NCBI GenBank assembly: GCA_040772485.1
Contig: JAXGYC010000011.1
Coordinates: 96,001 to 160,000, forward strand
DNA from: Sedimentisphaerales bacterium
GTDB taxonomy: Bacteria; Planctomycetota; Phycisphaerae; Sedimentisphaerales; Anaerobacaceae
Direction of reading: 5' to 3'
DNA: 64,000 nt
Position numbers and translations under genes: made by a program. Below the pieces are notes generated by a model, which was not told the origin of the DNA, searched no databases, and was given only the letters and a program-made list of their open reading frames with translations. Numbering within the stretch: the stretch's first letter is position 1; every line of letters begins with the position of its first letter. Below, one piece after another: positions 38,974 through 49,117 of this stretch.

Positions 38974-40116
38974 TCAGTGCCTTTGCCGTGCAACTGCCCG
39001 CTGGAGTTCCCCAACGGTCCGGTCGCAACACGCCTCCCATGTGAACTGCCCCCCCCTGCGAACCGATAGAACTTTCATCTGCACACGTTTCTCATCCGCA
39101 AGATGGAGCAAGTTACGAATCTGCTCGGCCAATGCCTGTGAATCGCCCGCCGAGTAGTACCGGGCAACGTCTCCAAAAACCTCGGGCATGGGTGGCTTAT
39201 CCGTCGATACGCACATGCACCCATGTACCATAGCCTCAAGCGCGATGTTCGGACAAGCCTCAACACGACTGGTCATGACAAATGCGGCGCAATTCCTATA
39301 GCACCATGTCATCTGCGTTTTGGTTAGTGGGCCAACAAACTGGATTCGGGAATCTAAACCTCGATCACGAATCAGTGCTCGCAGTTGGTCGTAATATCTC
39401 TGCATTCCGTACCCAACGAACCCCGCTATAACAACAAAAGGGCAGAGCTCAGTGTCGCCAATCCGCACCCAGGCAGAAATGAGATCCTCCAAGCCTCGGT
39501 AAGGATAGATGCTTCCAGCCACAAATGCAAACCGCCCCCGCCAATCATGAGGAATGGAGGGAGGCTTTTCTGATATCCGGGTGGGCGATGACTCAGTTCC
39601 ATGATAGACAACACCGATTCTCCCGGGTGATACACCGAGCTTGCTGGAGAGGTAATCGCCAACAAAGTGAGAAACGGCGATGACACGACTGGACTTCTGG
39701 ACAGCGCGGCGCATCTGAACGAATCTGGCCCAGTTCTTCACAGAGTCCCAGTAGTGAGCTGAATATGAGCAGGTGGCTGGCATCATATTCCGCACCATAT
39801 TGACAACCGGAATCCCGTCGGTCTGCCAATAGCGAGCGGTAGGAATAAAGATGACATTCGGCGAGAATCGCTCAATCACCTTTCTGGCATCTTGAGGGAC
39901 CTCACGACACCTAGCTGTCAGCGCGCAGCGCAAAGGCAGCCATCGCACAGAAGGGGCGCGTTTCCTCCACTCGGCGAAATCCATGTTTTCCGGCACCCCG
40001 ACAAGAAGAGCTTCTACACGGGGATGAGATGTTAACCGAGGTACAAGCTCCGCGAGGTAATTTCGATATCCCCAGCACATGTCGCCGGAGGTGATGTTCA
40101 GTATGCAGATTCTCAT
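38974..40116 (-). CDS. GT4 glycosyltransferase
   Basis: VIAVS, SRVEACPNIALEAM and FTWEAC. Confidence 0.85.
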   Translation of the reverse strand: MRICILNITSGDMCWGYRNYLAELVPRLTSHPRVEALLVGVPENMDFAEWRKRAPSVRWLPLRCALTARCREVPQDARKVIERFSPNVIFIPTARYWQTDGIPVVNMVRNMMPATCSYSAHYWDSVKNWARFVQMRRAVQKSSRVIAVSHFVGDYLSSKLGVSPGRIGVVYHGTESSPTRISEKPPSIPHDWRGRFAFVAGSIYPYRGLEDLISAWVRIGDTELCPFVVIAGFVGYGMQRYYDQLRALIRDRGLDSRIQFVGPLTKTQMTWCYRNCAAFVMTSRVEACPNIALEAMVHGCMCVSTDKPPMPEVFGDVARYYSAGDSQALAEQIRNLLHLADEKRVQMKVLSVRRGGQFTWEACCDRTVGELQRAVARQRH

Positions 40117-40207
40117 CGGGCGTTGACTATCCCCCCACGTGGTCTACGAACTGACACCGAAGGTGTTTCGCTCGCCACCTCATTTGACACAGCGCCACCT
40201 TCATCCA

Positions 40208-41443
40208 TCAGACCCCAAGCATAGGCCACCGTCTTGAGACACACTGCCTGGCTTGGAACTCTTCGCGGTAGCGAACTGGAATAGAGAACACTGGTTTGCC
40301 TGCAACGAATACAGATAGACACAGGAAGACAGTCACCGGGAAGACATGATACCGGATATTGTACATAGTCAGAATACCGCCCACGAAGTAAAGCAAGGCT
40401 ATCAAGAGAATAGGCCACCATCTAATCAGATACAGGAGGTTCCTTCTGAGTATGAGAATGTAAAAAGCGGTCCACCACTCGAGAATCAAAATCAGCTGAA
40501 TCGTTAAATCAAGACGGCCGATCGGAAGCGTGACGGTCCTAACATTTGCTGAGACATGACCCATGTACGTGCTTAAACCAGACGACATGACATCCTGCCC
40601 ATATTGGGTCATCGCGCTCTTCGCAAGCTCTGACCTCTTGACACCGGTATGCTCACATATGCCTCTGGCTATCAGGCGATAGAAGCTGTCCTGATACCGG
40701 GTACCGACATAACCAGCAAGAAGACCACTCAACGAGATGAACAGAAGAACCCTGATCCATCGAAGGCGCCAGTATCTGTCAAACAGAAACACCAGAAACC
40801 CTATAACCATGGGGGGACGAATGAGCATCAAGATGGCGGCCCAGAGAGCGATCAGATACCACTCATTGCGGATGGGTCGCCGAATGAGTGCAATGGTGAA
40901 TTCCACTGTCACGTAGAAAAACAGCACATCCTTCAATACAAAAATAGAGAAATACACCACATGCAAGAAGAGAAGCCCACACAGAAGGAGAAGGTACACA
41001 ACGTATCGGCTCTTCTCTCTTACGAGATCCTTCAGTGTGTATAGCCTGACAATGGCATAGCTGCTGATGAGTATGTTGACAACCTTGAGGTTCGATATGC
41101 TGAAGCCGACAGTTCTCATGCCTATCACGGCAAGATGATATAGATTGCTGAGCGGAGCATTGGCGTGCCATTCGGCCACATAGTAATACTCATCCGGGAA
41201 CTGTAGGTAGTCCAGATCGATGCCCCCCGTCTTGTGCAAAGACCAGATACACAAGAAGAGAATCTTCACGAGATTGATGGAATGGAAGATGATCAGTACG
41301 TTCACCACATTCTTCTTCCCTTTGGTGCTCAATATGACGAGCACGGAGAACAATTCCACCAGCAGGACACTGATGAGGAAAGACGTCATCTCAACAATCG
41401 GAAGTACAGACACCGTAACCAAGTAATAAAGGTGGGCATACAA
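40208..41443 (-). CDS. Polytopic membrane protein, putative Wzy polymerase
   Basis: About 10 hydrophobic segments, DEYYY, LKD and RY motifs; position inside the EPS locus; start uncertain. Confidence 0.6.
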   Translation of the reverse strand: MYAHLYYLVTVSVLPIVEMTSFLISVLLVELFSVLVILSTKGKKNVVNVLIIFHSINLVKILFLCIWSLHKTGGIDLDYLQFPDEYYYVAEWHANAPLSNLYHLAVIGMRTVGFSISNLKVVNILISSYAIVRLYTLKDLVREKSRYVVYLLLLCGLLFLHVVYFSIFVLKDVLFFYVTVEFTIALIRRPIRNEWYLIALWAAILMLIRPPMVIGFLVFLFDRYWRLRWIRVLLFISLSGLLAGYVGTRYQDSFYRLIARGICEHTGVKRSELAKSAMTQYGQDVMSSGLSTYMGHVSANVRTVTLPIGRLDLTIQLILILEWWTAFYILILRRNLLYLIRWWPILLIALLYFVGGILTMYNIRYHVFPVTVFLCLSVFVAGKPVFSIPVRYREEFQARQCVSRRWPMLGV

Positions 41444-41576
41444 CAGCCAGCACAGAAAGTGCCCATGATGCTCGAGGGGAAGCTCATCACATCATGCGAT
41501 GTTGCGGATGATGCCCCCTTGTTCAGCTGAATACACAGTGTTCTCGGGACAGGGACGTTCGGCTTCGTCGGTGGTT

Positions 41577-42356
41577 TCATTTTCTGGCAATGACGATGAA
41601 ACCAGAACATAATTGGTCTAATGTGAGCTCCCTGCACACGTAATCCCATAGACCTATGGCGACATAGACAGGAAAGCAGAAGCGGAAATAGTCACTGGCA
41701 CTGAAGAACGGAACTATCTCCACATGCTTGAATCCACTGCGTTCGACGAGTTTCCTCATCGCCCAAGGCGAGCACTCATCAAAGAATGCTGGATAACCTG
41801 TTCGATTAGCAGCCCAGGGCCGTAGGAGGCCTATCATTCTGCGCTGCCATTTCGAGCCGATGAGACTCAAGAGAATGGAATAAGGATGGTACTTCGAAGG
41901 CAAATAATGCACCATACACCCGCCCTCGTTCAATGCCCTGTACATTTGCACCACACCGGCCTTGTTATTCTTTACATGCTCAAGCACTCCTTTCGATATG
42001 ATGAGATCATACCGGTCAACGATCGTTTCTTCGACCGATTGCTTGTGGAAGTTGTCATAGATGTCATAGCACCGCTCATTGGAATCAACATCGAGACCAT
42101 CGTATCTCACCTTTTCTGAACGGCACAACAAAGGCCTATCAATACCGCCAACCTCAAGTACTTGGCAGTTTGAATACCCACAAAGAAAAGCATTGATGAA
42201 TGACACCAACTCGGTCTTGTAGCCTTTCGATGTGCCAAGACATGGTATCATTTGATCGAAATACGTGCTCAGGCGTATATTCATGGATATGAGTCTGTTC
42301 AGCATCTTCATGATCTCACACGGCTGGCAGATCTCGATATATGTATATATACACAT
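41577..42356 (-). CDS. Class I SAM-dependent methyltransferase
   Basis: VLEVGG and YDLIISKGVLEHV; the true start is probably downstream of 42356. Confidence 0.75.
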   Translation of the reverse strand: MCIYTYIEICQPCEIMKMLNRLISMNIRLSTYFDQMIPCLGTSKGYKTELVSFINAFLCGYSNCQVLEVGGIDRPLLCRSEKVRYDGLDVDSNERCYDIYDNFHKQSVEETIVDRYDLIISKGVLEHVKNNKAGVVQMYRALNEGGCMVHYLPSKYHPYSILLSLIGSKWQRRMIGLLRPWAANRTGYPAFFDECSPWAMRKLVERSGFKHVEIVPFFSASDYFRFCFPVYVAIGLWDYVCRELTLDQLCSGFIVIARK

Positions 42357-42389
42357 ATCTCATCGCTAAAATCGAGGTCAACCCCTCCC

Positions 42390-43496
42390 TCACAAAAGGA
42401 CGCCATCCAGAACCACCTCCGCTCTTCTTCTCCATGTGAATCTATCCGAGAAGATCTGATATGCGTTTTGTGCCAGGCTGCTGCGAACCACTCGATCCTC
42501 GCAGCGACGGATGGCATGCACCCATTTCTCCGGATCGTCGGGTTCCACCAGTATGGCCGTCCGCTCATCCAGAACCTCGCGCAGAACAGGCAGATCTGAA
42601 GCAATGATGGCTTTGCGAGACGCCATATACTCGAAGAGCTTCATCGGGGACATCCAGGGAACCGTATTCAAACGACTGTGTGGGTTGACAATCACTTTCT
42701 GGTATGGCATCAGCAGAACATCACATCTGGCACGAGCCGCGTGGATGACTGCAGGTTTCAGGAACCCGTGGAAACGGACATTCGCCGTGGCCCGTGCTCT
42801 CCAGAAGGCAATGCCCTCTTCGGTGCCGCCGATGATGTGGAAATCGTGCTGGGGCAGGCACCTCGCGCATTCGATGATGATCTCAATCCCTCGGCCCGGA
42901 TACAGGTGTCCTGTGTAGCCGATCTGGAGAGTATCGCGGCACAGTGGCCAGGAAAGCTCCTCATGAAGCGACCCATTCGGCAAGCTGGCCGCATCGTGGC
43001 AAACGACCGTCTTGTGGGCGATATCGAATCGGGAGGCGTAGAGCGTTCTGAGAGCTTCGGAGATAACAACAAGCCGCATCAAACGGGGATTCTTCAACAG
43101 GGTCGTTTCGAGATAGCGGATCAAGTGGTTATACGGTGCGGCATGTGCCTCATAGATCACTCGAAAGCCCATGCGGAGCGCCAGCGAAACCCCGTAGATA
43201 TCCCTCGCATAGATGAGCACTTCTTTCGGATCATACCCACGAAGTCGGCTGTAGAGCGTGGACAACGTGAAGACACCCGCCCCCTTGGACCATCTGTATG
43301 GGATGAGGATCACCTCGAAGTCCTCGTGAACCCCATAGTACTCCCAGACGCCCTGCAACGGATCGACACGGGACTGCTTACCAATCAGGGTTGTCACATG
43401 CCCGTTATGGGCAAAGGCTTCACACATCCGCATGACCTGGATGCTATTCGCACCACGAGAAGGGATCACGGCACCTGAGAGATATACGATCCTCAT
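42390..43496 (-). CDS. GT4 glycosyltransferase
   Basis: MRIVYL..ANSIQVMRMCEAF, YTGHLYPGRG and SPMKLFEYMAS..SDLPVLREVL. Confidence 0.85.
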   Translation of the reverse strand: MRIVYLSGAVIPSRGANSIQVMRMCEAFAHNGHVTTLIGKQSRVDPLQGVWEYYGVHEDFEVILIPYRWSKGAGVFTLSTLYSRLRGYDPKEVLIYARDIYGVSLALRMGFRVIYEAHAAPYNHLIRYLETTLLKNPRLMRLVVISEALRTLYASRFDIAHKTVVCHDAASLPNGSLHEELSWPLCRDTLQIGYTGHLYPGRGIEIIIECARCLPQHDFHIIGGTEEGIAFWRARATANVRFHGFLKPAVIHAARARCDVLLMPYQKVIVNPHSRLNTVPWMSPMKLFEYMASRKAIIASDLPVLREVLDERTAILVEPDDPEKWVHAIRRCEDRVVRSSLAQNAYQIFSDRFTWRRRAEVVLDGVLL

Positions 43497-43642
43497 TCTC
43501 GGCGGTGTCTCCTGGGCCTTCCGGTCGATCTCTGGGGAAGCGAGTGGCATCATGACATCCGCAGGATGGCCCCATCGCTTCGGCAGCGATTCCGGATTGC
43601 GTCCGTATTGCACACGAAGAACACTCATTTGTGACAGGGACA

Positions 43643-44389
43643 CTATTCCGCTCTTCGCCTCGCCAGACAAATCAAATGAGCACCACTGGCAGCATCCGCG
43701 TAGTACGTCAGTCGTCTATGGAGTCGCCAAATCGCTGCCAAGAGCGGTGAGAAACTGAGGCAGTAGACTTTGTTGCACAAGAAGGTCCGAAGACAACGTT
43801 CGACAAAGCCTCGCCGGTATAACCACCAGTGTTCCTCAATCTCAAAGCATGGCTCAATCGTCCTTCTGAGCAGTTCGAGATCGTAATGGCGATAGTGTTT
43901 CCTGGTGAGGGGCACATTCACGCTAGGCACTGAGATTATCAACCAGCCATCAGGTCGCATGAGTCCGGCAAGATGCGGCAGGAAACCAGGGATATCACCG
44001 TCCGGAATATGCTCAAGTACTTCAATGAGCGTCACACAGGCGTATTCTCCGGACAGGCTGCCGATGTCAGTGCACACGAAATCAACATCCGGGCTGAACG
44101 CCCGCGCGAAACCGATCGCTCGCTCGGAAAGGTCAACGCCGCACACGTGGGGAACCAAGGCCTTGATCACGTGGATCAAACGCCCGTCCCCGCATCCGAC
44201 ATCAATGAGCGATACCGGCCTTCGGTGCTCAACAAGGTCGCGGACGAACGTTATGTACGTCAGATAATCGAGGCCCCATGTGAGTTGCTGATGCACCCGG
44301 AGAACACCATCTTCACTTAGCGATGGCAAGTGATGATATGGGAAATCGTACTGCATCTCTTGCAGATCAGACTTGATTCCATGCGCCAT
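43643..44389 (-). CDS. Class I SAM-dependent methyltransferase
   Basis: QYDFPYHH, LIDVGCGDG, GVDLS, IEVLEHI and HYRHY; start chosen to avoid a long overlap. Confidence 0.85.
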   Translation of the reverse strand: MAHGIKSDLQEMQYDFPYHHLPSLSEDGVLRVHQQLTWGLDYLTYITFVRDLVEHRRPVSLIDVGCGDGRLIHVIKALVPHVCGVDLSERAIGFARAFSPDVDFVCTDIGSLSGEYACVTLIEVLEHIPDGDIPGFLPHLAGLMRPDGWLIISVPSVNVPLTRKHYRHYDLELLRRTIEPCFEIEEHWWLYRRGFVERCLRTFLCNKVYCLSFSPLLAAIWRLHRRLTYYADAASGAHLICLARRRAE

Positions 44390-45752
44390 ACCGCTGACTT
44401 TCTCCGCACTCGTGGCTCTTAACCGCAACCAATGGCATGTCCAGATCAACGATGTAGACCCTTCTCTTGTCTCCCTCTGTCCCATCGAAGCAGATTCGGC
44501 TTCCGGTTCTGTCCCACCGGGGGTGGAGGTCACATCGTCTGGGGCCCCGATAGCGGAAAGGGCTGAAAAATCTGCCAACCTCTCGAAGGGCCTTTTCTCG
44601 CATCGAAAAGACAAAGAGAGCCTGATCGCCCGCGCGGTCAGGATATGTATCGATAACCAACAGATCCCCTGAGGGGCTCAGCGATGGGTGGCCGTCTTGT
44701 GTGGGCATCGCAGCCGGCATCGGCGCGCATTCAAACGTATGGTCGAGGCCAAACCCATACACATAATAACCTGGAGGCCCCCTGTGTGGATAGCGGAAGC
44801 AGATCAAGCGATCGTCAGCAAGCCAGTTGAAATGGGAGACGGTCGCGGCATCGTCCACAACGTGCAGCGAGCTATCGTGAAAATCGTAGAACATCAGGCG
44901 ATTCATGCGGCGGCCTTGCGACAGCCAGAGGTGCAGAAAGACCAGACCCATGCCATTGGGGCTGAACATAAGATGGTTGATGTAGTGCGGGGGATTGGTC
45001 ATCGACGGCAGGGGTCGGCAGTCAGCGATCTGTCGCAGGCTCAAGAGCATCTCACTGCGGCCGCTCGCCAAGTCGACTCGCCACAGTCCGTCATCGTCCG
45101 GACGTGTATCCGAGGCGCTCGCATCAGGGAAATTGCTGTAGCCGTAGCCGGGCCGCAGTCGCTCCAGACGCGAGAAGTTCAGGCTGACGCCCCACCGGCC
45201 TGAAGGATCAACCGCATAAATAGGCAGGGCATAAGACTTCAGAATGTCCTTCTTGTGGATATCTTGAACCACGGATCCGTATCGTCGGTCAACAAGCGTA
45301 TTGTACAAGACCAATCGGTCCGGGTCTTCGGGGAACCATTGGAGCATGCAGCCCTGCTGCCAGCTCCAGGTGTGGGTCTCTGCGAAGGGATGGAAGAGCG
45401 AATGGCCCTCGGTCACCTGCTGCCATTCGAAAAAGCCCAGTCTTAGCGGCATGTCTATGGCCGCACGGGACCAGTCTTTCGTGCAGGTCATGGCCATGAC
45501 CAGTATCCTGCTGTTGTCGTCACTGAACGGCGTCTTATCGTAGTATCCGCACCACGTCGGCAGACCCTCGGCACTCAGCGAGTACCGACAACGCGAGCCC
45601 GTGCGTTCCGATTGCGCCTTCGACTTGTCCAGACGATCACGGCATTGCCGCATCAGCCGGATGCTTCGGCCGCGCAAGGCCTGTATGCGCGGCACTAAGC
45701 CCATCTGGTGAACGATTGGGCGCAAGGTCATTTTGAGACCGCTCAGTCGCAT
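44367..45752 (-). CDS. Beta-propeller protein (TolB / oligogalacturonate-lyase-like) of EPS loci
   Basis: GYYDKTPF, WQQGCMLQW, RPGYGY, DGHPS, DTYPD and RCDLHPRW. Confidence 0.65.
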   Translation of the reverse strand: MRLSGLKMTLRPIVHQMGLVPRIQALRGRSIRLMRQCRDRLDKSKAQSERTGSRCRYSLSAEGLPTWCGYYDKTPFSDDNSRILVMAMTCTKDWSRAAIDMPLRLGFFEWQQVTEGHSLFHPFAETHTWSWQQGCMLQWFPEDPDRLVLYNTLVDRRYGSVVQDIHKKDILKSYALPIYAVDPSGRWGVSLNFSRLERLRPGYGYSNFPDASASDTRPDDDGLWRVDLASGRSEMLLSLRQIADCRPLPSMTNPPHYINHLMFSPNGMGLVFLHLWLSQGRRMNRLMFYDFHDSSLHVVDDAATVSHFNWLADDRLICFRYPHRGPPGYYVYGFGLDHTFECAPMPAAMPTQDGHPSLSPSGDLLVIDTYPDRAGDQALFVFSMREKALREVGRFFSPFRYRGPRRCDLHPRWDRTGSRICFDGTEGDKRRVYIVDLDMPLVAVKSHECGESQRYGAWNQV

Positions 45753-45765
45753 AGACCTCTGCCCT

Positions 45766-47109
45766 CTACCTCCGGAGGTGGGTTCTCAGAAAGAAGACCA
45801 TGATGCCGGACCACACGCCGAAGAAGCCGACGTAGGCCAATGAGGCCCCAACGATACCTAAGCGGTCGACCGCCCAAAAGAGCAGGCCGAAATAAATAAC
45901 GGTAGCCACCAAGTTGGCGAAGAAGGACTTGCGCGCCAGGCCCATCGCCAGCAGCGAAGGCGTCAGCGAGAAACTGCACAGGAAGATGACCATGGCGAGC
46001 AGGTAGAACACCGTCACCCAATACGCACCATCGAACGCCGGGCCCACGGTGAAATGAATGATCCATCTCCCAACCAACAGAAAGGCAAACCACCCAAGGG
46101 AGGCAGCGACGCTGGTAAACAGCGTCGTCCTCTTGATCAAAGAGTTGAAGCGCCTGCCGTCTTGCTGGGCCCACGCATGAGCCAGCTCCGGATAGATCGA
46201 CTGGGACAACGGCTCGGAGAACTTCGGCAGCCCGCTGGCGAACTGCTTGGCGACTTTGAACAGGCCCAGCGCGGCCGGCGTGGTCAGGGCGGCGATGAAC
46301 AGGCCGTCGGCCTCGCGGGAGAGCATGCGCACCGTCATCGTCAGGTTCGTGGTCCAGACGTAATCGACGATCCCAGGGAATCTGCGGCGAATGCCGCGTA
46401 TGGGCTGTCGAAGAATACCGTTGACATTCTGCTTCCGGAGAACCCAGAGGGAAGCAAAGACCTGGTACAACTGGCCGATGACCCCGGTGACCAGATAGAT
46501 CAGCACGAAGCCGAACAGACCTGTCTTTGTGAGAAGACACCAAGCTACTCCTGCCAGGCGGACGACGGCGCTGAGGACTGCGGTGTAGCTGAGCAGGTCG
46601 AATCGATCGAACAGCCGCAGGACACCAATGGGCGTACCGCTGAGGCTGAAAAGGATCAGCATACTGTATAGGACCATCAGTGGCCGGACCGATGGGTCCC
46701 AGCCGAGCAGGGCGATGACGGGTCCAGCCAAGGTCACCGCAAGAACCGTGCCGAAGACGGCGCTGGCAATGTCGAGAGTAAAGCCGAACTTGATGAGCTG
46801 CCGGAGCGCCGGGCGATCCTCGGCATGCAAGGCCTCGCTGCCGAACTTGATGATCGCCTGCCATGCTTCGAATGCCACCAGCTTGCCGATGGTCAATTCA
46901 TAGACCAGAACCAATGCGAGAACGCCGTAGTCCTGGGGTCCGAGGACGCGGGCAGTCAGCACGGTGGCGATCAGGCCCAGGACAGCCGCGACGGCGTTGG
47001 CCGACAGCAGCTTGCCGGCGTTGATAAACAGTCGTCGGAAGACGTCGTCGTGGAACCACGACAGCACCCGACGATGACTGCAAACGACCCAATTGGCTAA
47101 CGCTTCCAC
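45766..47109 (-). CDS. wzx: Wzx flippase
   Basis: TARVLGPQDYG and ~12 TM segments within the polysaccharide locus. Confidence 0.8.
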   Translation of the reverse strand: MEALANWVVCSHRRVLSWFHDDVFRRLFINAGKLLSANAVAAVLGLIATVLTARVLGPQDYGVLALVLVYELTIGKLVAFEAWQAIIKFGSEALHAEDRPALRQLIKFGFTLDIASAVFGTVLAVTLAGPVIALLGWDPSVRPLMVLYSMLILFSLSGTPIGVLRLFDRFDLLSYTAVLSAVVRLAGVAWCLLTKTGLFGFVLIYLVTGVIGQLYQVFASLWVLRKQNVNGILRQPIRGIRRRFPGIVDYVWTTNLTMTVRMLSREADGLFIAALTTPAALGLFKVAKQFASGLPKFSEPLSQSIYPELAHAWAQQDGRRFNSLIKRTTLFTSVAASLGWFAFLLVGRWIIHFTVGPAFDGAYWVTVFYLLAMVIFLCSFSLTPSLLAMGLARKSFFANLVATVIYFGLLFWAVDRLGIVGASLAYVGFFGVWSGIMVFFLRTHLRR

Positions 47110-47174
47110 TGATTCTTGATTCCAGAACGGTCTCTCGCCCCGGCGGGCCGCTCGCGCCGCATGACGCGGCAGGT

Positions 47175-47768
47175 TCAGTCTGCCTCGGCCCCTGTTACGC
47201 TGATATCAAGAGCGGCCGGAAGAGGTGCGAGACGGTTGTCCCGCGCAGCCTGAAGACGCTGAAGCTCATGGAGGCCTTTGTAGACAATGCGTTCGAGGTG
47301 ACTCTCATACCGGGCCACATTGTTGACGCGGTCCCACCGCCAAGCGGCCTCGCTCAGAACGCCACCCAATGTGTGGGGACGAGACTTGGAGGACCCCACC
47401 AACCGAGTCAATTCATCGAACGGATACTTTTCACCCGCGACCGCGGCCGCTAACATCTCGTCGAGCATTTCCTGTTCGATCCGGCCCGCCCGCCGCAACC
47501 GCCAAGCGCCGGCGACGATACGATGGGCCAGCATGTTCTCCAACTCGCCGTCGGGGTCAAGCCGCTCGATCATCGTGTCCCGGAAGCTCTCGAATTCCTC
47601 ACGGCTTTCGCCACCCAGGACGATTTCGCTGGCCAGCAGGCCGTGCTTGAGGGCGTTGCGAGAGGCCTTGGCCTTGCCGGCCGGCGTGATCGGGCCGGTG
47701 GATTCCTGGGCGTTGCGCCGATTGGCAGCCGTTTGTTTGTCCGTTGTCTTCAGTTTCTGCTTCGCCAT
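47175..47768 (-). CDS. Hypothetical protein with ANRRNAQxSTGPxT..RNALKHGL motif (HGGxSTG-related)
   Basis: KQTAANRRNAQESTGPITPAGKAKASRNALKHGL, WRLRR and RYESHLER. Confidence 0.75.
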   Translation of the reverse strand: MAKQKLKTTDKQTAANRRNAQESTGPITPAGKAKASRNALKHGLLASEIVLGGESREEFESFRDTMIERLDPDGELENMLAHRIVAGAWRLRRAGRIEQEMLDEMLAAAVAGEKYPFDELTRLVGSSKSRPHTLGGVLSEAAWRWDRVNNVARYESHLERIVYKGLHELQRLQAARDNRLAPLPAALDISVTGAEAD

Positions 47769-48051
47769 ATTACCAAATGGGTTCGTTTCGTAGAAATATC
47801 TGGATCCCCCAAGGCTACGCGTCGGGCAGAGTAACTGCTGTCACGTTCAGTTTGCAAAGCCGTGTTCGCCAATTGTTTAGTGTTTGTTGGTGCGCATGCA
47901 TCGCCTGCTGCGCCGCGGTCCGGACGGACTCCGTCCCCGTCGGTGGCGCCGGGCCGTTGGCGACGACGGCACTACCGTGGTCGAAATCCGAGGCGGGCAT
48001 CACCACCCATCCCTACAATCACCACCCGCCGGATCATGCCTTCGATCCGAG

Positions 48052-49092
48052 CTACCTGGCCCCCGAACTCACCTCAGCAGGCGGCTTGCGTTCTCTGGAG
48101 GGCGAAGCCTTCGGCGTTTCCTGCTCCAGGCAAATCGCATAACCGCCACCGCCGCGTCGTTCGGCACTCTGCGACGGCGCCTGCCCCCCACTTCGAACTC
48201 TGACCGCCGCCGCATATTCACGCGCAAAGGCCACAAAGACACCGAATACGAACGCGACCATGCCGGCCAGCACACCTTTCTTGACCGTTCCCCGACCGAC
48301 CGGCAATTCCGGAACGATGGCCTCATCGAGCACCTGGAGCGTGGGCATGCTCTTGGCCTCTTCGATCTTGGCCAGCTCACATTCGTGGACGAGCAGCTCG
48401 TAGAGCTTCTCCTGGACCAGCGCCTCATGTGCGGGGATGCTGTCAATCCGGCTGAGTTTGGTCTCCAGCTCCTTGAGACGACCCTCCAGAAAAACCCGCT
48501 TGCTGGTCGCCTCGCCGGCCGAAAGCCTCTTGTTCTGCCGGTCGAGTTCCGCGACGTAGGCGTTGGCGATGGCGGCCGCCCGGTTGGGGTCGCGGTCCTT
48601 GACGGCAATCTTGACCGCCCCCTCATCGGTGGTCTTGATGGTGGTGTTCTTCACCAGTTGTTTGCGTGTCTCCGTCCGATTCTCAACATTCTCGTACACG
48701 TTCATCAGATCGAACTTGTCGATCAGCGTGTCGGCAACCTCGCGGCTCTGAAGAATCTCGACGTAGATGCCGGCGATGCTGCCGCTGTCCATGATGCTGC
48801 GCAACATGGAGTTCCCTATCCCTCCCAGGCCACCGAGGCCGCCCGGAGCAATGGACTGCTTCTGAAGGATGCCGACGGGCGGAACGATTGTGGCGCTGGC
48901 CTGATACTGGCGAGGTCTGGTCAGCATGAAGGCCACCGTGGCCGTCATGGCCACGAAACTCAAGCCGACAATCATCCACCGATGCCGCCAGATCACGAGC
49001 AGGTAGTCGAACAAGTCGATCTCGTCCACGCCGGCCGTCGCCGGGCCTTGCGGCGATGCCGGGCCACCCTGTTTTGCCTGCTGCTGAGCCAA
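48052..49092 (-). CDS. Wzz/GNVR-type chain-length determinant (polysaccharide co-polymerase)
   Basis: DEIDLFDY, N- and C-terminal TM helices, DPNRAAAIANAY and LQVLDEAIVPE. Confidence 0.8.
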   Translation of the reverse strand: MAQQQAKQGGPASPQGPATAGVDEIDLFDYLLVIWRHRWMIVGLSFVAMTATVAFMLTRPRQYQASATIVPPVGILQKQSIAPGGLGGLGGIGNSMLRSIMDSGSIAGIYVEILQSREVADTLIDKFDLMNVYENVENRTETRKQLVKNTTIKTTDEGAVKIAVKDRDPNRAAAIANAYVAELDRQNKRLSAGEATSKRVFLEGRLKELETKLSRIDSIPAHEALVQEKLYELLVHECELAKIEEAKSMPTLQVLDEAIVPELPVGRGTVKKGVLAGMVAFVFGVFVAFAREYAAAVRVRSGGQAPSQSAERRGGGGYAICLEQETPKASPSRERKPPAEVSSGAR

Positions 49093-49117
49093 TGTTCACG
49101 CCCTTTCTTTCCGGCGG

